Shown one piece after another: positions 58,829 through 64,000 of a DNA stretch of 64,000 nucleotides. A program made the translations under genes and the position numbers. Position 1 is the stretch's first letter. Every line of letters starts with the position of its first letter. The notes beneath the pieces were generated by a model. It saw nothing but the letters and a program-made list of their open reading frames with translations. It searched no databases and was not told the origin of the DNA. Origin of the DNA: a virus (lineage: Duplodnaviria; Caudoviricetes); IMG/VR virus record IMGVR_UViG_3300021255_000054. The stretch is one strand, 5' to 3'.

Positions 58829-58902
58829 GGCCCGGTAGCTCAGCCCAGCAGAGCGGCTGCCTGTTAAGCAGCATGTCCCAGGAGCAAAGCCTGGTCGGGC
58901 CG
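58829..58902 (+). tRNA. tRNA-Asn(GTT), atypical T loop
   Basis: Loop CTGTTAA; T loop AGCAAAG; promoter at 58763-58791. Confidence 0.8.
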
Positions 58903-59053
58903 CATCCCATCTAACGGGAAATAATTTAGGTTAGATGCTTATAGGTAAGCTATACGGGTTTCGGCGCTCGTAAGCCAATAGTGCAAGCCGCTTCGAAAGA
59001 CGTGACGGTCATTCGATACTTTTCAGCAGGGCCGGAACCTCCCTGCTGCTTAT

Positions 59054-59127
59054 GCCCGATTGGTGTAATAGGTTAGCACAGCACCCTTTCAAGGTGCAGA
59101 CGTAGGGTTCAAATCCCTCATCGGGTA
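59054..59127 (+). tRNA. tRNA-Glu(TTC)
   Basis: Cloverleaf, loop CTTTCAA. Confidence 0.9.
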
Positions 59128-59132
59128 CTATA

Positions 59133-59208
59133 TAGGCGCGAGCAGCATGATATTTATAAGAATTATTTATTTGATGAACTTCTTATTGGTTTTTGTTATT
59201 TGCGCCTA
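59133..59208 (+). ncRNA. CAGCAA element 3 (CAGCAT variant, AU-rich hairpin cargo)
   Basis: Stem TAGGCGCG/TGCGCCTA. Confidence 0.55.
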
Positions 59209-59319
59209 GCGACCGCTAACATGGATTTTGCAGAGGTAAACTACCACCGACTTATTAGGTATGTGGCACAGTGGAATGCGGTATAGAAAAAAGCAAAGTA
59301 ACCTCTGTTCCATAGCCGC

Positions 59320-59393
59320 AGACACGTCAGCAACTATCTTTTAATGCATCAAGAATTAAGCACCGGGTCGGCTCCGGGAAGATAAGCGTGTCT
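59320..59393 (+). ncRNA. CAGCAA element 4 (D-like and T-like hairpins)
   Basis: Stem AGACACG/CGTGTCT; inner TATCTT/AAGATA; CCGG-GTCGGCT-CCGG. Confidence 0.65.
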
Positions 59394-59455
59394 AGTATTT
59401 GATTTTAATTAAAATTATGTTATAATTATTATAGTAACAGGAAAGGAAGTAAGAA

Positions 59456-59668
59456 ATGCGTAATCCGAAGCGAATCAAACCTTATTGTGATGTACTTGCT
59501 ACTTTATGGCAGACTGTACCTGATCTTCGTTTAACTCAGTTTATGTATACTCTGATGAATGGTTGGAAAGAAAAACATGGTTCTGATGCTTTTTATGTAG
59601 AAGATGAAGCATTTCTTGCTTTTTGTCTTGAATATTTGAATGAAATTACTGGAGATAGTAATGAATAA
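59456..59668 (+). CDS. small phage protein (MRxPxRI...W..PDLR.Q motif)
   Basis: ORF track; promoter upstream. Confidence 0.75.
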   Translation: MRNPKRIKPYCDVLATLWQTVPDLRLTQFMYTLMNGWKEKHGSDAFYVEDEAFLAFCLEYLNEITGDSNE

Positions 59669-59885
59669 TCCGGGTAAACCTGTAGCTCAATTAAAAGGTA
59701 AAAAAATAGTACATATTTATAGTTCTGCTTACGCCGCGGCAAGACATACTGGATTGTCATATAGTCATATACAAGATACTTGTCATAATAGGCGATGTGG
59801 TGTAGGTGGTTATAAGTGGCGCTATGCAACAGAATTAGAAGCAAAATATGCTCATTTATATAATGATAATACAGAATCCACTTGA
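59661..59885 (+). CDS. stand-alone NUMOD1-like DNA-binding domain
   Basis: KPVxQ...YxSxxxAAR...I...C...GGYKWRY. Confidence 0.7.
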   Translation: MNNPGKPVAQLKGKKIVHIYSSAYAAARHTGLSYSHIQDTCHNRRCGVGGYKWRYATELEAKYAHLYNDNTEST

Positions 59886-60294
59886 TATGGGAGTGACTAG
59901 TGGTTCAAGTCCACGCAGGCCGCAGGATACAGGGTATAGAACAACGTGAACTATACTTATGCGGCAGTGCAATCGGAGCGAGCACTTGGGAGTCGTGATC
60001 TACCATTTAAATAAAAACCAAATTGAGAAACAGTGAAAAGGAGAAATTAATATGACGCCGGTGTATATTGTCCCATCACCAAGAACGATAGCTGAGTCAT
60101 GGTGTGTACTTGGAATTATGTTTCTTTTACTTGTTGGGGTAGCAGTGTATTATTTAATCGAAAAAAGAAAAATAGAAAAAATAATTAAGCATCCGAGACT
60201 TAAAAACGTAAGAACTAAGTGATAAGATAGATAGTGCGGTGGCCGGATAGGCAAGAAAATAATATGTAGGGTGCAAATCCCCACCTGTATTTAT

Positions 60295-60371
60295 CGAGCA
60301 TTGGCACAATTGGTTAGCGCACAGAGCTGATAACTCTGAGGTTCTTGGTTCAATTCCAAGATGCTCGACCA
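60295..60371 (+). tRNA. tRNA-Ile(GAT), CCA encoded
   Basis: Cloverleaf, loop CTGATAA. Confidence 0.92.
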
Positions 60372-60478
60372 CCTAGAAGCGAAACTAGGCAAATCTCGTG
60401 TGGTGAGCGAGACATTAACACACAGTTCACCAGCTGTTCCGGACAGCCAACGCAGCTATGCGACAAATAGTCACGTGT

Positions 60479-60549
60479 AGGGGAGTAAGATAATGGTAGT
60501 CGCGCGGTCCCCAAAACCGCTCGTGTTGGTTCGAATCCAGCCTCCCCTG
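60479..60549 (+). tRNA. tRNA-Trp(CCA) with C33
   Basis: Cloverleaf, loop CCCCAAA. Confidence 0.8.
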
Positions 60550-60553
60550 CTTA

Positions 60554-60615
60554 AAGACTCGTCAGCAACTTTTCAAGCATTGGACTTTTAATCTAACTAG
60601 CTATAAACGAGTCTT
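60554..60615 (+). ncRNA. CAGCAA element 5 carrying a tRNA-Lys(TTT) anticodon stem-loop
   Basis: Stem AAGACTCG/CGAGTCTT; TTGGA-CTTTTAA-TCTAA. Confidence 0.72.
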
Positions 60616-60622
60616 GTTTTAT

Positions 60623-60696
60623 GCCCTACTACCCCAATTGGCAGAGGGAACTGACTCAAAATCAGTACAGTCTGGGTTCGAATCCCAGGTTGGGCA
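60623..60696 (+). tRNA. tRNA-Leu(CAA), short variable arm
   Basis: Loop CTCAAAA. Confidence 0.88.
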
Positions 60697-60802
60697 CTAT
60701 AGTTTTGGTAGTATAAGCCATTGCGCAAATATTGCCTGCAATATTTTCGTTCTACTATATGAAATGGCGCTTATTTAGATAAAATTTGGAGGTACCTATT
60801 AT

Positions 60803-61342
60803 ATGAATGAACCCCGTTTAAAGATTTTACCCCCATGGACTATTGCGATTCGTAAATTTGAAGCATTATTTGATGGTGATCCGCAGATTGCATGTAATTG
60901 TAATTTTGGTGGCGATGCGCCTTCTATTGTATTGGCTTGTAATAACGGAGATAAAGTTGCCGCACTTCAGAAGATTCTTCCAGAAGAGATTAGCTTTGGT
61001 GGCGTCAAGTTGAAGGTTGCGGTAGATGGTACTCCTTCTAATCGTGCTTTTACAAGTAAGGTTGATCTTTTTAATGCTGCTTTTGAAAAGAATCCTGCAT
61101 ATGCATATTCTGTATGTCCTGCTGAGGAAGGTTATCAGTGGATTAGTATGACATATGTTGTGTTTAATAACTGTGTTGTGCAGTTTGCCGCAGATAATCT
61201 TAATGACTGCCATGGTGTAATCAGTACTCTTTATGAGACTATTGCGAATGAACTTTTGACTGGCCCCGTTTGTGATAATGTTTGTTTCAATACGAATGTC
61301 GAGCGCGCTGGACTTGGTAAGCCATTAGGTGAATGGCCGTAA
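60803..61342 (+). CDS. hypothetical phage protein
   Basis: SD GGAGG; terminator at 61354-61379. Confidence 0.8.
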   Translation: MNEPRLKILPPWTIAIRKFEALFDGDPQIACNCNFGGDAPSIVLACNNGDKVAALQKILPEEISFGGVKLKVAVDGTPSNRAFTSKVDLFNAAFEKNPAYAYSVCPAEEGYQWISMTYVVFNNCVVQFAADNLNDCHGVISTLYETIANELLTGPVCDNVCFNTNVERAGLGKPLGEWP

Positions 61343-61381
61343 TTTGAATATTATAGGAAAGATATAAACTTTCCTATTTAT

Positions 61382-61465
61382 GCGGATATGGCGTAATAGG
61401 CAGCCGCCTCAGACTTAAAATCTGATGTCTGTATAGACGTGCCGGTTCGAGTCCGGCTATCCGCA
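61382..61465 (+). tRNA. tRNA-Leu(TAA)
   Basis: Loop CTTAAAA, long variable arm. Confidence 0.92.
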
Positions 61466-61490
61466 CTATCTTATTATAGAGGTACTTTAA

Positions 61491-61907
61491 ATGAAAACAC
61501 TTATTTTTACCCTAATTTTCTTAATTTGTACATTAATTCCGACTAACGCTGAAGCGCCTAGTTCCCGTGAATTATCCAATTCAATTGTAATTACTCCAAC
61601 CATTGAGTATTAGCTTGTTGAAGAAAGCCCCTATTGGGATGAAGTAATTACAAGTTTAGCGCAAATTCAGGATGAATTAGAAGGATATGTAGTATTAGAA
61701 GCTTTACATTTATCTCCAGAACAAGATTATGAAGATGTAACTTTTAAATTACTACGTCCACTAACTACTGAAGATGAACCTATTGTAATTTTTATTGAAC
61801 CTGAAATTGTTACAGTAGAAGAAATTGGATTTGATGAGGATGGCAATCCACACCTAAATTTATACAAAGGTGATTATTTTATATGCTTTTGTATAAGAGG
61901 TGAATAA
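61491..61907 (+). CDS. putative exported acidic protein (1 TAG)
   Basis: Signal-peptide-like N-terminus MKTLIFTLIFLICTLIPTNA. Confidence 0.65.
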
Positions 61908-62073
61908 AGATGGAAGCTATATTTGGCGCCTTAAGTGACACTGAACTAGGAATGGTCATTTTAGGCGTTTTTCTTATTATTGCATTTTTAATTGAATTTT
62001 TCACAGATAAATAATTGACTATAATAAAAATTTTTGTTATAATATATACAGAAAGAGAGAGGAGAGGTAAAAA

Positions 62074-62256
62074 ATGATGGAAATGATTAAGATGGTGTAT
62101 CAGTTCACAGATGACAATGGTGATAAGCATACTGTAATGTGTGATAGGAACCGTGAAGATGGTTTTAAAGATTCTGAAGTATGCGAAATGTTTGAACAGT
62201 TTATGAACTCTATTGGCTTCAGTGAAAGTAATGTATATAAGTACTTCAATGAATGA
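62074..62256 (+). CDS. small hypothetical protein
   Basis: Promoter 62015-62043 and SD GAGG. Confidence 0.7.
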   Translation: MMEMIKMVYQFTDDNGDKHTVMCDRNREDGFKDSEVCEMFEQFMNSIGFSESNVYKYFNE

Positions 62257-62257
62257 T

Positions 62258-62328
62258 GGGCTTATAGTTTAATGGTAAAACAGCCGCCTTGCAAGCGGCA
62301 AATGAGGTTTCGATTACCTCTAGGTCCA
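62258..62328 (+). tRNA. tRNA-Ala(TGC)
   Basis: Loop CTTGCAA, G3:U70. Confidence 0.92.
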
Positions 62329-62665
62329 CTTACCAACGGACAAGGCTTAGGCGCATGACTACTTAGGCGATGAGGGAGTGCGTGAATAACGTGACAGTGA
62401 CCTCTAACCGAGTGGAACAGGGCGGTGGGACGCGAGTGGTTGGTAATTTATAGCAGAAGGCACGGCAGTACAGCGCCCCGAAAGGACAAAACCATTACAA
62501 TATTCTGCTTATTATATGGAACTAATCTATCCAGAGTTCCTGCGGTTCAAGGATGGGGTTTGCGGCACCTTAGACCGCTATTATATGGGTAGCATTAGGG
62601 TAGCTCCCTAATGAGATTAAGGTACTCTCCTACCGGCCATAATTATTATCAGGAGAGTGATAAAA

Positions 62666-63598
62666 ATGGAGAATACAAATTGTGGAATTTATAAAATTAC
62701 TAATAATATAAATGGTCATAGTTATATTGGTAAAAGTACGAATATATCGCACAGATGGATTGAACATAAATGTCATTCAAAAACAGATGATTGTGCTTTA
62801 TATCGAGCCATGCGTAAGTATGGAATTGAAAATTTCTCATTTGAAGTTATTTAGTATGCTTTACCAGATGAATTAGAAGAATTAGAACAATATTATATTG
62901 AATTATATAATACTTATCATAGCCGGGAAGGTTATAATGAAACTGCGGGAGGAGATGGCCGATTAAAACATGATTATAATAAAATTGTAGAATTATGGAA
63001 TCAAGGCTATCTATGTTAGGATATTGAAATTATATTAGGATGCTGTGATAAAGTAATAAATAATGCGTTACATAGTTACGGGATAACAGATGAAGAAATT
63101 TCTAAGCAAGCGCGAGCTAAAAAAGCTATTTCAATTACTGCTTATGACCCTAAAACAAAAAAGCCATTAAAAATATTTCATTCATTATATGCTATCAATA
63201 AATTCTTTAAAGATGAACACGCAGGTTCAAGAATTTTAAATTCACTTAATGAACCTTTATATCATCGACATGTAGGATTTAGATGGGCTTATACTAAAGA
63301 TGAAGATTATAAATTACCTATATTATCAGATGAAGAATTTCTTTCTCATCAAAAGAAATGTAAAATTGCTCCAATGAGTGAAGAGGCAAGAACACGCTTA
63401 AGTCAAGAACGTAGAACTGTTGAACGACCGTCTCGTGATGAACTAAAACAAATGATTCGTACTATGCCATTTACTCATATTGGAGATAAATATAATTTAT
63501 GTGATAATAGTATTAGAAAATGGTGTATAGCTTATAATTTACCGAAAACAAAAAAAGAAATTAACAAATATACAGACGAAGAATGGGAGAAGATTTAA
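62666..63598 (+). CDS. free-standing GIY-YIG homing endonuclease (2 TAG)
   Basis: GIYKITN..YIGKS..RW.EH; GYN.T.GG; track ORFs 62657 and 63374 in frame. Confidence 0.88.
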
Positions 63599-63608
63599 TC
63601 TCCCTTAC

Positions 63609-63695
63609 GCCAGAGTATAGGGAATCAGCAAACCCACCGCACTGTAAATGCGGCGCTCTTAAGCATAGCTGGGGCGGCACCAGCCTCTGGCACCA
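63609..63695 (+). tRNA. tRNA-Tyr(GTA), atypical D/T loops, CCA encoded
   Basis: CCGCA-CTGTAAA-TGCGG; long variable arm. Confidence 0.8.
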
Positions 63696-63825
63696 AGTCC
63701 TGGGATCTCACAATGCAGGGACTATAATGAACAAGCGTGAGCGTTTGCACCGATGATGAAAGGGCCAGGCGATTATACTTTGAAGCCTGTTAGATAGGTG
63801 CTGCAGAGCCTAACAAAGTATGTAT

Positions 63826-63899
63826 GCCTCCCTAATCCAATTGGCAGAGATAATACGCTTAGAACGTATGTAGTGTGAGTTCGAATCTCACGAGAGGTA
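63826..63899 (+). tRNA. tRNA-Leu(TAG), short variable arm
   Basis: ATACG-CTTAGAA-CGTAT. Confidence 0.85.
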
Positions 63900-64000
63900 C
63901 GATTGTTGTTCAGCTGACAACCCAGTGGATGGATTTGACGCATCCCGTGCTACTACTGCGAGAGGGTACACGCTTAGGCTTTGCATGCGGACCACGGCCC

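Noticed and set aside
59888-60005. tmRNA
   Set aside because: Too short, no Ala-type acceptor stem and no tag reading frame.
1409-62130. Minus-strand and alternate-frame short ORFs in the track
   Set aside because: Shadows of plus-strand genes; the only supported minus-strand gene is the helicase.
63626-63632. Sixth CAGCAA element
   Set aside because: The motif lies in the D loop of tRNA-Tyr and lacks the flanking carrier stem.

Overview
64-kb segment of a large, AT-rich tailed bacteriophage genome. The host is probably Firmicutes/Clostridia, inferred from AGGAGG SD sites, sigma-A-type promoters, an LL-H-type holin, an NlpC/P60-SH3b lysin and an ECF S-component. The phage uses an alternative genetic code with TAG read as Gln (code 15). 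The supplied code-11 ORF track is therefore fragmented: consecutive fragments share a frame, are joined only by TAG, and fuse into long genes ending in TAA/TGA (e.g. 19697-29446, about 3250 codons). A CUA-anticodon suppressor tRNA lies at 54257-54341. Layout: partial SF2 helicase (- strand); small early genes including an ETNSSS-protein/radical SAM pair; HTH and wHTH genes followed by an iteron-like array (7124-7330); tail/fibre module 1 (7.5-16 kb); an early block with Thg1-like and deaminase genes (16.1-19.6 kb); a giant CotH-like/LRR-like protein, a lysis cassette, a Gln-rich module and tail module 2 (19.7-53.8 kb); and a tRNA/ncRNA array (54-64 kb) with 15 recognisable tRNAs plus one atypical one. 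The most novel observation is a family of five small RNA-like elements in the tRNA array. They share a covarying terminal stem and a CAGCAA motif, and carry tRNA-derived cargo: two circularly permuted tRNAs with loop-closed acceptor stems and a bare Lys anticodon arm. All calls were made by eye; no database searches were run.
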